This document shows positions 46,273-56,153 of a stretch of DNA of 64,000 nucleotides, in pieces. How positions within the stretch are numbered: position 1 is the stretch's first letter; each line of letters starts with the position of its first letter. The position numbers and the translations under genes are program-made. This stretch comes from an uncultured Candidatus Saccharibacteria bacterium. GTDB lineage: Bacteria; Patescibacteriota; Doudnabacteria; UBA920. The stretch lies in contig CAZBAS010000004.1 of NCBI GenBank assembly GCA_964490395.1, positions 30,615 through 94,614 of the forward strand, read 5' to 3'. The notes below the pieces were generated by a model, which saw only the letters and a list, made by a program, of their open reading frames with translations, searched no databases and was not told the DNA's origin.

Positions 46273-47575
46273 ATTAGTTTTCTTTTGTATGACTTATGCT
46301 TTTGTATTAGGACGTGTATATACGCTCTCACTTGCTGAGATACTGGAAGTACTTGCTATATACGGCACATCTATCCGGGTAGTGGATGTATCTTTCGAAG
46401 CGCTCATCATCGAGTCAGATAAGGCGCTGGACGTTGAACGACTTCAGAAACGCATGGGTGGGGTTATTAAAATAGTGAAAATAATAGATGCAGTAAAGAA
46501 ACGCGAACAAGATTCTATCAACTTTGCCCTGCAAAACTATTTCAAACCCAGCAAGCTCAAGACCGACTTCCTCAAAGGAGCAAGCGGCAAGATTCAATTT
46601 GGTATAAGTATATATCTTTTAAACCCGGCCGTAAAAGCTTTTGGCGAGCCGAAGCGTTTAGGCATGTTTATTAAACGGGCCATGCAGGACTCAGGTAGCA
46701 GCATCCGCCTGAGCGTTCCAGAATATAACTCTCTCGCCCTTGCATCGGTAGCGGTAACGCACAATCAGCTCATTACCAAAGGCGCAGAAATAGTAGTATT
46801 CGCCGGGATAGACAGAGTCTATGTGGGCAAGACACTCGTTGTGCAAGACTTTGAAGATTACGGCAGACGTGACTACCAACGACCCGTACGCGACGACCTG
46901 CGAGGCATGATCCCTCCAAAAGTAGCCCAATCTATGCTCAACCTGACCGGGGCAAAAGCGGGCGATACTTTACTAGACCCCTTTTGCGGCATAGGCACCT
47001 TTGTTCAAGAAGGAGCCCTACTCGACTACCGCATGATTGGTACAGACATAGACAAGCCGGCCATAAGCGGGAGTGAAAAGAACCTGGAATGGTTTAGGAA
47101 CCGCTATAAAATCCCTAAGGGCAAGTACCACCTAGAAACCACTGACGCGCGCTCTGTGAGTGAATTTATAGCCCATCTTAAGCAAATAAAGGCTATAACC
47201 AAGGTTAATGCCATCGTAACCGAGGGAACCCTTGGCCCCATGTACAGCCAATTCCCCTCTTCCAATGAAATAGACAAAAACTTTAAGGATTTACAAAGTC
47301 TGTATTCCGCCTGTTTTGTTGATTTTGCGAAATTCCTCGAAGATAAGGGGAAAATAGTTATGTGCATCCCTGCTTACCGAAAAGGGCAAAATGAGTATGT
47401 TTTATTGCCCAATCTTGACTTTGCCACAGCCAATGGGTATAATATCGTTAGTGTGATTAAGCCCGAATTTGTCTCACATATGCCGTTTTTGCGGCTTTCT
47501 CCACGAGGCAGCGTCATTTATGATCGCAAAGATCAAATAGTCGCCCGGGAAATCCTCATATTCGAGAAGCAATAG
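46238..47575 (+). CDS. Class I SAM-dependent RNA methyltransferase (Trm11/RlmL-like N2-guanine type), possibly THUMP-containing
   Basis: LLDPFCGIGTF (motif I), DIDKPAI and later NPP-like region. The true start is probably downstream of 46238 to avoid overlapping the divergent gene. Confidence 0.55.
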   Translation: MPQALIFSYVIILVFFCMTYAFVLGRVYTLSLAEILEVLAIYGTSIRVVDVSFEALIIESDKALDVERLQKRMGGVIKIVKIIDAVKKREQDSINFALQNYFKPSKLKTDFLKGASGKIQFGISIYLLNPAVKAFGEPKRLGMFIKRAMQDSGSSIRLSVPEYNSLALASVAVTHNQLITKGAEIVVFAGIDRVYVGKTLVVQDFEDYGRRDYQRPVRDDLRGMIPPKVAQSMLNLTGAKAGDTLLDPFCGIGTFVQEGALLDYRMIGTDIDKPAISGSEKNLEWFRNRYKIPKGKYHLETTDARSVSEFIAHLKQIKAITKVNAIVTEGTLGPMYSQFPSSNEIDKNFKDLQSLYSACFVDFAKFLEDKGKIVMCIPAYRKGQNEYVLLPNLDFATANGYNIVSVIKPEFVSHMPFLRLSPRGSVIYDRKDQIVAREILIFEKQ

Positions 47576-47595
47576 CTTCCCTCTTAAATCTCAAT

Positions 47596-47710
47596 TATCA
47601 AATAACAAACTACAAACAAATCACAACTCCCAATTTTCCAAACTGAAGAATTCTACAATTGTTTTGAAATTTGGATATTGTTTGTAATTTGGATTTTGTA
47701 CTTTGGAGCT
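47596..47710. repeat. Intergenic repeat, family D, copy 2
   Basis: Shares the acaaa(c/t)tacaaacaaatc(a/c)caa...ccaaa(a/c) core with 22688..22800. Confidence 0.45.
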
Positions 47711-47721
47711 TATATAACTTT

Positions 47722-48012
47722 ATGGCACATAAAAAGGCTGGTGGTAGTTCACAATACGGTAGAGACTCAGTATCTAAACGTCTTGGTGTAAAAATATTTG
47801 GCAACCAACGCGTTAAAAAGGGTGAAATTATTGCTCGTCAGCACGGAACTCCTTTCCACGCTGGAGCAAACGCTCAAATAGCTGGCGACTCTACTGTGTA
47901 TGCTCTCATAGACGGTATAGTAAAGTTCCAGAAGAAACTTGTACGTAAGTTCCATGGTGGACTTAAGAAAACTCGTATTATAAGCGTAGAACCAGTACCG
48001 AACTCCAAGTAA
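47722..48012 (+). CDS. rpmA: 50S ribosomal protein L27
   Basis: [27 protein letters not shown]...[16 protein letters not shown]. The track start at 47671 is an extension. Confidence 0.85.
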   Translation: MAHKKAGGSSQYGRDSVSKRLGVKIFGNQRVKKGEIIARQHGTPFHAGANAQIAGDSTVYALIDGIVKFQKKLVRKFHGGLKKTRIISVEPVPNSK

Positions 48013-48027
48013 ACTACCTACCAATTT

Positions 48028-48052
48028 AAAAACCCTCACTCGAGGGTTTTTA
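48028..48052. terminator. Bidirectional terminator between rpmA and pyrG
   Basis: aaaccctc-actc-gagggttttt. Confidence 0.55.
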
Positions 48053-48059
48053 TAATGTA

Positions 48060-49742
48060 TTATATTTTTAACGAAGCGTTTATAAATCCAGAAAACAATG
48101 GGTGAGGGCGGAGCGGGCGCGAAAGGAACTCCGGGTGGAACTGAGAGGCTACAAAGTATGGATGATTTTTAAGTTCAATAATTTCTACTAATTGTTTATC
48201 TGGGGTCGTCCCTGCAATAACTAGTCCATGGGCCGTTAATGTATCTCTGTACGTGTTGTTAAATTCGTACCTGTGCCGATGCCGCTCTTCTATAAGTGCC
48301 TTCCCGCTCTGTTTAATCCATCCAGCTTTAAGATATTCCTTTTCAGTACGCGTCCCCCGCTCTATTACACAATCCCAGCTTCCCAGGCGCATACTCGCAC
48401 CGTACTCACGATTTAAGAGTTTTTTAGCTTGATCAGGCATTAGATCTATAATTGGATGAGGTGTTTTTTTATCAACCTCAGTAGTATTGGCGTCTTTCAG
48501 GCCTGCCACGTTCCGAGCAAACTCTATAGCGGCCATTTGCATGCCATAACAAAGCCCAAGATACGGAATGCCTTTCGTGCGAGCATATGTAATAGCCCGA
48601 ATCATACCCTCTGTTCCTCGGCTACCAAAACCGCCGGGTACTACAATGCCCTGGTACCGCTTAAGCACAGTTGCCGCACCCTTCAATTCAATCTCTGTAC
48701 TGGAAACCCAGGACAGAGAAATGCGGGCGTTTTGCGCCCATGCTGCATACCTGAGCGATTCAATTACCGAAATATACGCATCGTGCAAAGTAAAGGTACC
48801 AGTACCAAAATATTTTCCCACTATGGCAACGCGCAGTTCTTTTGAGGCAGTATTGGCTTTGCGTACAAAGCCCTTCCATGGTTCATTGATTGCCTTTTTT
48901 GAACGTATACCAAAGGCTTTAGTAATAAACTCACCCAACCCCTGTTGTTCAAAATTAAGTGGAACCTCATATATATTTTTTACGTCTGGAGCAGATATTA
49001 TACTACCTGGCGCAAGCGAACACATGAACTCTAATTTTTGTTTTCTTTTATCATCAAGCGGCACTGAAGCTCGCGCAAATAAAATATCTGGATGAACTCC
49101 CGCAGCGTTAAGATTTTGGACAGCGTGTTGAGTGGGCTTGGTCTTAAGCTCGTTGCCGCCAGCGCCAAGGGTAGGCACATAGCTCACCAAGGCCACCAAA
49201 ACATTGTCAGGATATTTAAACTTAAGAATGCGCGCAGCTTCAAGGAAAACTACATTCTGGTAATCTCCCACCGTACCCCCTATTTCGACAATTGCAACAT
49301 CCGCACCAGCAAGATTCGCCGCATTCTCTATACGTGATATTACTTCGAGCGGTATATCTGGAACCACTTCCACACAACGCCCTCCAAACTCAAGGTTTCG
49401 CTCTTTTGTAATGAGCGAAAGATACACACTACCGGTCGTCATGTAATTTGCTTTACTTAGGGTAGTATCGAGAAAGCGTTCATAATTGCCCATGTCTTGA
49501 TCGCACTCGGTTCCGTCCGCAAGTACAAAAACCTCACCATGCTCAGTGGGGTTCATGTTCCCAGCATCTACGTTTACGTATGGATCTATCTTAAGTGAAG
49601 TGACTTTTAACCCGCGCGCTTTGAGCATATGCGCAATCGAAGCAGAAGCGACTCCCTTACCCACACTCGACATAACACCACCGGCTACAAAGATAAATTT
49701 TACGCGACTTGTTGGAGCTATACTTTTTGTTTTTGGTGTCAT
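48060..49742 (-). CDS. pyrG: CTP synthase
   Basis: FVAGGVMSSVGKGVASASIAHML N-terminal synthetase motif. GATase C-terminal domain GLCYGMQ with Cys. Confidence 0.95.
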   Translation of the reverse strand: MTPKTKSIAPTSRVKFIFVAGGVMSSVGKGVASASIAHMLKARGLKVTSLKIDPYVNVDAGNMNPTEHGEVFVLADGTECDQDMGNYERFLDTTLSKANYMTTGSVYLSLITKERNLEFGGRCVEVVPDIPLEVISRIENAANLAGADVAIVEIGGTVGDYQNVVFLEAARILKFKYPDNVLVALVSYVPTLGAGGNELKTKPTQHAVQNLNAAGVHPDILFARASVPLDDKRKQKLEFMCSLAPGSIISAPDVKNIYEVPLNFEQQGLGEFITKAFGIRSKKAINEPWKGFVRKANTASKELRVAIVGKYFGTGTFTLHDAYISVIESLRYAAWAQNARISLSWVSSTEIELKGAATVLKRYQGIVVPGGFGSRGTEGMIRAITYARTKGIPYLGLCYGMQMAAIEFARNVAGLKDANTTEVDKKTPHPIIDLMPDQAKKLLNREYGASMRLGSWDCVIERGTRTEKEYLKAGWIKQSGKALIEERHRHRYEFNNTYRDTLTAHGLVIAGTTPDKQLVEIIELKNHPYFVASQFHPEFLSRPLRPHPLFSGFINASLKI

Positions 49743-49750
49743 AATAGGAT

Positions 49751-50200
49751 CTAATTAATTGCTTTTACATCAAGGGCAACTCGAGCCTCAGTAGCATGTC
49801 CCAACTTAAGTAATACTACATGCTGCCCCACTGTGCGAATAGGATTGGGTATGTGGATGGAATTTTTATCTATGGTTTTGCCGAGCTTCTGAGTTAAGGC
49901 TTCGGCTACGTCCTTTTCTCGCACAGCACCAAAGAGCTTACCGCCATCCCCTGCTTTGGCAAGTATAGTAAACGTGCGTTTCTCAAGCTCGGCCTTAAGC
50001 GCAAGGTTTTTTGCTCGCGCTTTTTCTAACTCCTCAGCTTTTGCGTCCAGTTTTTTCTTTTCTTTTATTTGTACCTTTTCAGTAGCCGCAACTGCATGCC
50101 CTAGTTTTATTAAAAAATTAAGCGCATACCCGTCGGAAACTTCTTTAAGTTCACCTTTTCTCCCCTGCCCTTTTACATCTTTTAGAAACAATACCTTCAT
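49751..50200 (-). CDS. rplI: 50S ribosomal protein L9
   Basis: [31 protein letters not shown]. Confidence 0.85.
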   Translation of the reverse strand: MKVLFLKDVKGQGRKGELKEVSDGYALNFLIKLGHAVAATEKVQIKEKKKLDAKAEELEKARAKNLALKAELEKRTFTILAKAGDGGKLFGAVREKDVAEALTQKLGKTIDKNSIHIPNPIRTVGQHVVLLKLGHATEARVALDVKAIN

Positions 50201-50295
50201 ACGTAATCATTTAAACATAAAATCATATAAACATATGAGCATTCAGATCTGCGCGTGTTTATATGCTTGCATGATTATATGTTTATATAGTATTT

Positions 50296-51237
50296 CTATA
50301 CTCGCAAATACTTCCGGATAGCCAACGTGCTAGAAACAAAGCTCAGTATAAGCGCTACGACCAATAAAGCCAAGGACAGGAGCGGTAAATTAAACACTGT
50401 TGCCGGAGCAAGTGCAATTAATCCCCCACCCTGACTATTTGTGCTGCCATTTACCAGAACAGTAATGGCAGGTTCGATCTTTGTAAACAAAAGCGCGAGG
50501 AGTCCAGTGGTAATGGCACTGGCAACCACAGAATACAATAAAGATTCTATCAGAAACGGCCCACGAATGTACCAGTTAGTTGCTCCAACAAGCCGCATAA
50601 TCTCTACTTCTTCACGGCGATTGTAAATAGTTAAGGTAATGGTGTTAAAAATTACCAACACCGCAATAATAGAAAATATTACAACGAGCGCAATTCCACT
50701 AGTAACAATGAACCTTAAGACTTTCCCGAGGCGCTCAATGAGCAACCGGTTATCCTCAAAGTTAACTTTGCTAATGCTGTCTTTATACGTACCACCTTGA
50801 AGTGAGGCGGCTATATCTGCATAGTCATCTAAGTTTGCTGCTTTAATTTGCAAAGTAGCTGGGAGTGGGTTGTCTGTAAGCTCTGCCAAGGAGTCTAGGA
50901 TGAGAGAGTCCTTTGCATGTTTAGTCTTAAAGCTCTCAAGCGCATTTGCAGCTGAAGTATAGGTAACGCTACTAACTTTAGGGTTTCGCTGAAGGTCCGT
51001 TTTAAAATCGTTTATTAGACTTTCGGCCACGCCAGTTTTAAAGTACACGCTTATGTCTACTCGATCTCGAATGCTTGCCACCGAGTACTTGGTTACTCCA
51101 AACAGTAAAATGAGTACGCTAAAAATAATCAGGGTAATAACCATGACCATGGTAGCAGCTGCAGAAAGCCATATATTGCGCCAAAAATTTACGAATCCGG
51201 CTTTTATTACTCTAAAAAAACTTATTGAGTCAAACAT
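50296..51237 (-). CDS. ftsX: Cell-division permease FtsX
   Basis: 4-TM FtsX topology, directly downstream of ftsE. Confidence 0.85.
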   Translation of the reverse strand: MFDSISFFRVIKAGFVNFWRNIWLSAAATMVMVITLIIFSVLILLFGVTKYSVASIRDRVDISVYFKTGVAESLINDFKTDLQRNPKVSSVTYTSAANALESFKTKHAKDSLILDSLAELTDNPLPATLQIKAANLDDYADIAASLQGGTYKDSISKVNFEDNRLLIERLGKVLRFIVTSGIALVVIFSIIAVLVIFNTITLTIYNRREEVEIMRLVGATNWYIRGPFLIESLLYSVVASAITTGLLALLFTKIEPAITVLVNGSTNSQGGGLIALAPATVFNLPLLSLALLVVALILSFVSSTLAIRKYLRV

Positions 51238-51250
51238 AGTATGAAGAAAT

Positions 51251-51346
51251 GCCTAATTCCTAATGTCTAATTTCTAATATCCGGGAATTTCTTATGTCTT
51301 TTGATTAGACATTGGAAATTAGAAATTAGACATTTCCTATAACTTA
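51251..51346. repeat. AT-rich palindromic repeat, family A, copy 4
   Basis: gcctaattcctaatgtctaatttctaatatcc ... gattagacattggaaattagaaattagacattt. Confidence 0.55.
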
Positions 51347-52014
51347 TACCTTCCTTTTTCTTGCTCAAGAACTACCCGACCACCTTCAACGGTAATAACT
51401 CTTTTTTGTATACGATTTACTAAATCTGCCGCATGGGTAGCCAGAATAACGGTTGTGCCGAGTTTATTTATCTTCAAAAGTAAATCTAGTACTTCGGCAG
51501 CGTTTACTTCGTCTAAGTTGCCCGTAGGCTCGTCTGCCATAAGCAGGGCTGGGCGGTGGGCCAAGCTTCGCGCTATCGCAATACGCTGTCGCTCTCCCCC
51601 GGACATCTCATGAGGGAAATTATGCTTCTTATGAAGCAGGCCAACGAGCTCCAAAATTTTGGGTACTTCTTTATCTATACGGTCTCTCCGGTGCCCACTA
51701 ACTTCCATAGCAAATGCCACATTCTCAAAAGCTGTCCTCCGTGGCAGTAATTTTATATCCTGAAATACCATACCTATTTTTCTTCGAAGGTACGGCAAGT
51801 CGCTTGTTTTGACCTGGGCAATGTCTATGTCATCTATAAGCACACGCCCGTCATCTGCACGCTCTTCGCCAGTAATAAGCTTGAGCAGCGTAGACTTACC
51901 AGCGCCTGAGAGTCCCACTATTGAGACAAATTCACCATGATTAATCTCAAGGTTAATGCTGGCAAGTGCCTTAGTATTTCCGTAATATTTTGCTACAGAT
52001 TCAAATCTAATCAT
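51337..52014 (-). CDS. ftsE: Cell-division ATP-binding protein FtsE
   Basis: Walker A GLSGAGKSTLL, signature MSGGERQRIAIAR, Walker [13 protein letters not shown]. Confidence 0.9.
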   Translation of the reverse strand: MIRFESVAKYYGNTKALASINLEINHGEFVSIVGLSGAGKSTLLKLITGEERADDGRVLIDDIDIAQVKTSDLPYLRRKIGMVFQDIKLLPRRTAFENVAFAMEVSGHRRDRIDKEVPKILELVGLLHKKHNFPHEMSGGERQRIAIARSLAHRPALLMADEPTGNLDEVNAAEVLDLLLKINKLGTTVILATHAADLVNRIQKRVITVEGGRVVLEQEKGRYKL

Positions 52015-52038
52015 ACTGAGTTATTTTAGCACAAATTG

Positions 52039-52371
52039 CTATTTATTTCTGCTAGTCCTATGGTATATAGCCAGAAAGCCTGAACCAATTGTGAAGGCAA
52101 CCAGAAATATGTAAATATATTCAAAAATTGGTACATAGAGCAGCCTATGTCGCGCAAGTGTAATGTGCTCTTGATCGTATATCCATATTCCATGAATGTG
52201 AATATAGGGATCTGTAAGCACTGTCCATAGTACTGCAATGATACTAATTGTGAAAAGGAGGCGCAATTGCATTCGTAGAAACCGGAACTCCTTACACCAC
52301 ACAATACCCAATGCGCATGCGCAGAACAAAGCTGTTGTGATTATCTCGCTGTATGTAAAAAATAAATTCAT
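52039..52371 (-). CDS. Small 3-4 TM membrane protein, possibly a second lycopene-cyclase-domain family member
   Basis: YVPIFEYIYIF resembles the PxEE(x)xF motif region of the family. Overlaps the neighbouring gene by 4 nt. Confidence 0.35.
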   Translation of the reverse strand: MNLFFTYSEIITTALFCACALGIVWCKEFRFLRMQLRLLFTISIIAVLWTVLTDPYIHIHGIWIYDQEHITLARHRLLYVPIFEYIYIFLVAFTIGSGFLAIYHRTSRNK

Positions 52372-52682
52372 GGGTTGCGGCGTTTATGGTAAAGCACAAG
52401 CGTAAGCACACAAAAAAGCCAAGTGGTGGTAATAATAAATGCAAACTCTTCAAGTGGTATCCCCAGTAGCCAAAAACCAAAAATATACTGCGGGTTAAAC
52501 TGCCAAACTTCGCCCTTGATCATAACCAAATCCCACGGCCACCCAAATAACAACGCTGCTAATATAGAAAACGCAATTGCTTTTCTAGCAGGCTTTATAT
52601 ATCTCCAGTATGTCAATGTGAGCAGCGCGGCGGGCAGTACAATTGATAGCAGCTGCCAAATACCATACGACCACTTACCCAT
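52368..52682 (-). CDS. Lycopene-cyclase-domain family membrane protein (CrtYcd-like, about 100 aa)
   Basis: WLLGIPLEEFAFIITTTW matches the family signature (LG.P.EE..FF). Confidence 0.5.
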   Translation of the reverse strand: MGKWSYGIWQLLSIVLPAALLTLTYWRYIKPARKAIAFSILAALLFGWPWDLVMIKGEVWQFNPQYIFGFWLLGIPLEEFAFIITTTWLFCVLTLVLYHKRRNP

Positions 52683-53775
52683 GGGTTGTAATATATTCTA
52701 AGTAACGTTCAATAAACTCGTCCAATTCTCCGTCCAAAACAGACTCGGGATCACTTGTTTCATATCCGGTACGGTGGTCTTTCACGAGTTTATAGGGATG
52801 AAGTACATAGCTGCGTATTTGGTTGCCCCACTCAGCAGATTTGAATTCCCCTCGGAGTTCTTTTTTTGCTGCTAAGTTTTTTTCATCTTCTAGAATCTGC
52901 AACCGCGCTGCCAAAATCTTCAGAGCGAGTTCTTTGTTTTGGTGCTGACTCCGCTCATTTTGAATACTCACTTTAATGCCAGTGGGGATGTGAGTGATGC
53001 GAATAGCTGAGTAGGTAGTGTTAACACTTTGGCCGCCATGCCCGGATGCGGTATTGGCTTCAATTTTCAAGTCTTTAGGGTCCAGCGAAATAGTTTCCGA
53101 CTCTCCTAATGCAGGCAATACTTCCACCAACGCAAAACTGGTTTCCCGAGTATGGGCCGGGTTGAACGGACTTAATCTGACCAACCTGTGAACGCCTGCC
53201 TCAGCCTTTAAGTAGCCATAGGCGTAGGGACCATCAAGCTGTATGAGCACAGACTTAATTCCAGCCTCACCGCCCCGACTTTGCTCCAGTATTTCCATCT
53301 TAAAGTTTTTAGCAGATGCGTATCGCGTGTACATACGAAAGAGCATTTCCGCAAAATCCTGTGCATCGGTACCACCAGCCCCTGCGTGTATTGCCACCAC
53401 TGCGCCGTGATCATCGTACTGCTTAGATAGCAGTGCAATAAGTCTATTTTGGGAAAACTCTTTTTCTGCCCGGGCCACACTTTGCTGCAAATAGCCACGC
53501 GTTTCTTCGCTTTCATCGGTATTCTGCTCTATAAGTGTTTTTAGTTCGGCAAGTTGCTGAGCAAAGCCCTCCCAAAATGTTACGTAATTTTTAAGGAGAG
53601 TATAATTTTGTGATACCGTTTGCGCGTGCTGCTGGTCTGACCAAAAATCCGCAGCCTGCATGGACTCTTCCATTTCTAACACACGTTGCTGCTTCTGAGC
53701 CAATTGCAAAGACGGAAGCAGTTGCTCCACCTTTTCTTCCAATATGCCTATTTGTTTTAATAATTCTGTGTCCAT
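52675..53775 (-). CDS. prfB: Peptide chain release factor 2 (single ORF, no programmed frameshift)
   Basis: SPF tripeptide (RLSPFNP) specific to RF2. GGQ motif (ASGHGGQSVNTT). Confidence 0.9.
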   Translation of the reverse strand: MDTELLKQIGILEEKVEQLLPSLQLAQKQQRVLEMEESMQAADFWSDQQHAQTVSQNYTLLKNYVTFWEGFAQQLAELKTLIEQNTDESEETRGYLQQSVARAEKEFSQNRLIALLSKQYDDHGAVVAIHAGAGGTDAQDFAEMLFRMYTRYASAKNFKMEILEQSRGGEAGIKSVLIQLDGPYAYGYLKAEAGVHRLVRLSPFNPAHTRETSFALVEVLPALGESETISLDPKDLKIEANTASGHGGQSVNTTYSAIRITHIPTGIKVSIQNERSQHQNKELALKILAARLQILEDEKNLAAKKELRGEFKSAEWGNQIRSYVLHPYKLVKDHRTGYETSDPESVLDGELDEFIERYLEYITTHG

Positions 53776-53869
53776 AAGAGTTAATAGGTGTCAAATGTTG
53801 TCACGTCTTAACGTCGAACGTCAAAATTCCTGACCTTATGACGTGAAGACCTTATGACGTTTGACTACG

Positions 53870-54562
53870 TTACGCTGCAGGGCGTAAGTTTGATTTCAAC
53901 GCTACTCTCCTGACTAAATTCCAAAGTTCATTCTGAATTTCTGAGTCGGGCTTGAGTAGGTCGTCGCGGAAACACGAAACAATCTTCGCGCCTGGGGTAA
54001 GTTTTGCTGCTTCAATATAACGTTCTCGAAGCACCGTTACTTCCGGTACCTCACGACTCCCCCACCCTACTGGTACAAGTACGGTCTCGTGTATGTCTAT
54101 GTGGTCGGGCAGGCAATCGAGGAACACTGTAAAATCTATACGCCTTTGCGAGAACACCGCGTGCTCCAGCTCGTCGAGCCAACGGTAAAGTCCAATTCTT
54201 TCCCCATGTTCCTCCATGCCGGCGGTAAGCCAAGCCATGGTAGCCAAATTGCTTCCCGTGCACAACACAACTTCTTTTTCAGGAGCTTCGCCGAGTCTGG
54301 CAAACGTACGCGCTCTATCGAGCGAAGCCACAATACCTAGTGACTGCATGCTTTCCGTAAGGTCTGGCGTGTCGAGCAAGCCTGGTATATTTGCCTCAGC
54401 ACTACTGCTTGGAAACTCAAGTCTGCGCACAGAAAAACCAGCAGTAGAGAGTTCTGCTTCGAGCAAATGCAGCTGCGCTTCAAGCATGTCTTGTGACAAG
54501 CTCTCAAGCGCAATTACAGTACTGGTCTTTACAGGTTGTGAGGTTTTTTTAAACCAAGACAT
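53870..54562 (-). CDS. Hypothetical protein (possibly a degenerate nucleotide-kinase-like fold lacking a P-loop)
   Basis: Weak resemblance to dTMP-kinase blocks (DRARTF; IDFTVFLDCLPDHI). No GxxxxGK[ST]. Confidence 0.3.
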   Translation of the reverse strand: MSWFKKTSQPVKTSTVIALESLSQDMLEAQLHLLEAELSTAGFSVRRLEFPSSSAEANIPGLLDTPDLTESMQSLGIVASLDRARTFARLGEAPEKEVVLCTGSNLATMAWLTAGMEEHGERIGLYRWLDELEHAVFSQRRIDFTVFLDCLPDHIDIHETVLVPVGWGSREVPEVTVLRERYIEAAKLTPGAKIVSCFRDDLLKPDSEIQNELWNLVRRVALKSNLRPAA

Positions 54563-54614
54563 GGGAAAATGTAGGTTGCAGATTTAATGAGTACAGAAAA
54601 TTCTAAAGGGATAA

Positions 54615-55166
54615 TTAGCTTAGCAGTTTCAATATGTTATCAATGTTGGTATGCAGATTTTTAGTAGTGCTATCATTGATGATTGTAAAATCTGCACGGG
54701 CAATGGGACCAGCCTGGTGCAATGTATCAATTTGAGTATAGTCACGAGATTCCAATTCGGCTCGCGTTAGTGGCCGCTCCGGTCTATGTATCATGCGCGC
54801 AGCACGTGTTTCAAAATTTGCATAAATTGCCAGAACAAAGAATTTATCACCAAACTCCTCTTTCACAATAGTGTATTCTTCCCAAGAATAAAAACTTTCT
54901 AGAATAACACTACCCTGTTCAAAGAGCTCGCGGATTTTTGGCAAATTCATTATGGCTAGTGCGCCCATGCCTTCTTTAGCCCTAAACTCTTCTCTTACTA
55001 TCCTTTCATTTGCTTGGTTCACTTCCATGCCCCTCGCTCGGACCTCGTCTACCACCGTATGGCCAAAATGCACATTGGGCCAGCCCGTGCGTTTCATAAT
55101 GTATTGGGAACTTTCTGTTTTACCAGAACCTGGCAAGCCAACAACCGCGAGTATAATTTTGCTCAT
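54615..55166 (-). CDS. P-loop nucleoside/nucleotide kinase-family protein
   Basis: ILAVVGLPGSGKTE Walker A. About 180 aa, adenylate/dephospho-CoA kinase-like size. Confidence 0.55.
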   Translation of the reverse strand: MSKIILAVVGLPGSGKTESSQYIMKRTGWPNVHFGHTVVDEVRARGMEVNQANERIVREEFRAKEGMGALAIMNLPKIRELFEQGSVILESFYSWEEYTIVKEEFGDKFFVLAIYANFETRAARMIHRPERPLTRAELESRDYTQIDTLHQAGPIARADFTIINDSTTKNLHTNIDNILKLLS

Positions 55167-55307
55167 ATATAAGAGAAAAGTTTATTTTATAATAACATAT
55201 TTTTGTGCTGGTGATAAGTCGCGCACTCAACTTCTGGCAGTATAATACTAAGACGGCACCTTCAAAAAGACAATAAAAAATCCCTCGCAAGAGGGATTAA
55301 TTTATAG

Positions 55308-55991
55308 TTAGAACTTAACCTTTATACCAGGGCCCATGGTAACGTTCAAAGATACTGAGGTGATGAACTGCCCTTTTACGGTTGGAGACTTTGCGCTGTT
55401 TACTGCATCCATGAACGCTTTGGCGTTTTCGAGCAGCTTAGCAGTATCAAAATCTGCTTTACCAATAATCTGGTGAACATTGGCGGAGTCATCATTCTTG
55501 AAGCTTACGCGACCACCAGCAATTTCTTTGATCATTGCCGCAATGTTCTCTGAAACTGTACCGGTCTTTGGGTTTGGCATAAGACCACGTGTACCAAGGA
55601 TTTTAGCAATTTGAGCAAGTTTAGGCATCATGGCAGGCTCAGCAATAGCAACATCAAAGTCGGTCTTTTCCGTTTCTTTAATCTGCTTAACCAAATCTTC
55701 ACCGCCAACAAGGCTCGCACCTGCATCTTGTGCTTCTTTTTCTTTAGCGTCGGTTACAAACGCAGCAATGCGCTTGGTTTTACCAGTTCCGTGAGGAAGG
55801 GTTACTGAACCGCGAATAGCTTGATCGGTTTTCTTAGCGTCTATACCAGTACGAATGTGAACTTCTATAGAGCCTACAAATTTAGTAGTAGCGGTTTTCT
55901 TGGCCAGCTCTATTGCCTCTTCTATAGAATAGGTCTTATTTGCGTCTACGAGTTCGTTGTTTGCGCGTACGCGCTTGGATGCTGTCTTCAT
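55308..55991 (-). CDS. rplA: 50S ribosomal protein L1
   Basis: 227 aa. TVKGQFITSVSLNVTMGPGIKV C-terminus at the 5' side of the minus-strand gene. Confidence 0.9.
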   Translation of the reverse strand: MKTASKRVRANNELVDANKTYSIEEAIELAKKTATTKFVGSIEVHIRTGIDAKKTDQAIRGSVTLPHGTGKTKRIAAFVTDAKEKEAQDAGASLVGGEDLVKQIKETEKTDFDVAIAEPAMMPKLAQIAKILGTRGLMPNPKTGTVSENIAAMIKEIAGGRVSFKNDDSANVHQIIGKADFDTAKLLENAKAFMDAVNSAKSPTVKGQFITSVSLNVTMGPGIKVKF

Positions 55992-56153
55992 TGTGTACCC
56001 TTTCGTGGTCTTGCGAAGCGCAAGTCGAAAGTTTATAAAGTTCTTAAAGTTTATAAAGTAAGACCTGAATATGCTTAACTTTATAAACTTTCGACTTTAC
56101 GAACCTTTTACTTACCCCTCTCCCACAAATTAATTAGTTCATAAATTGTACCA

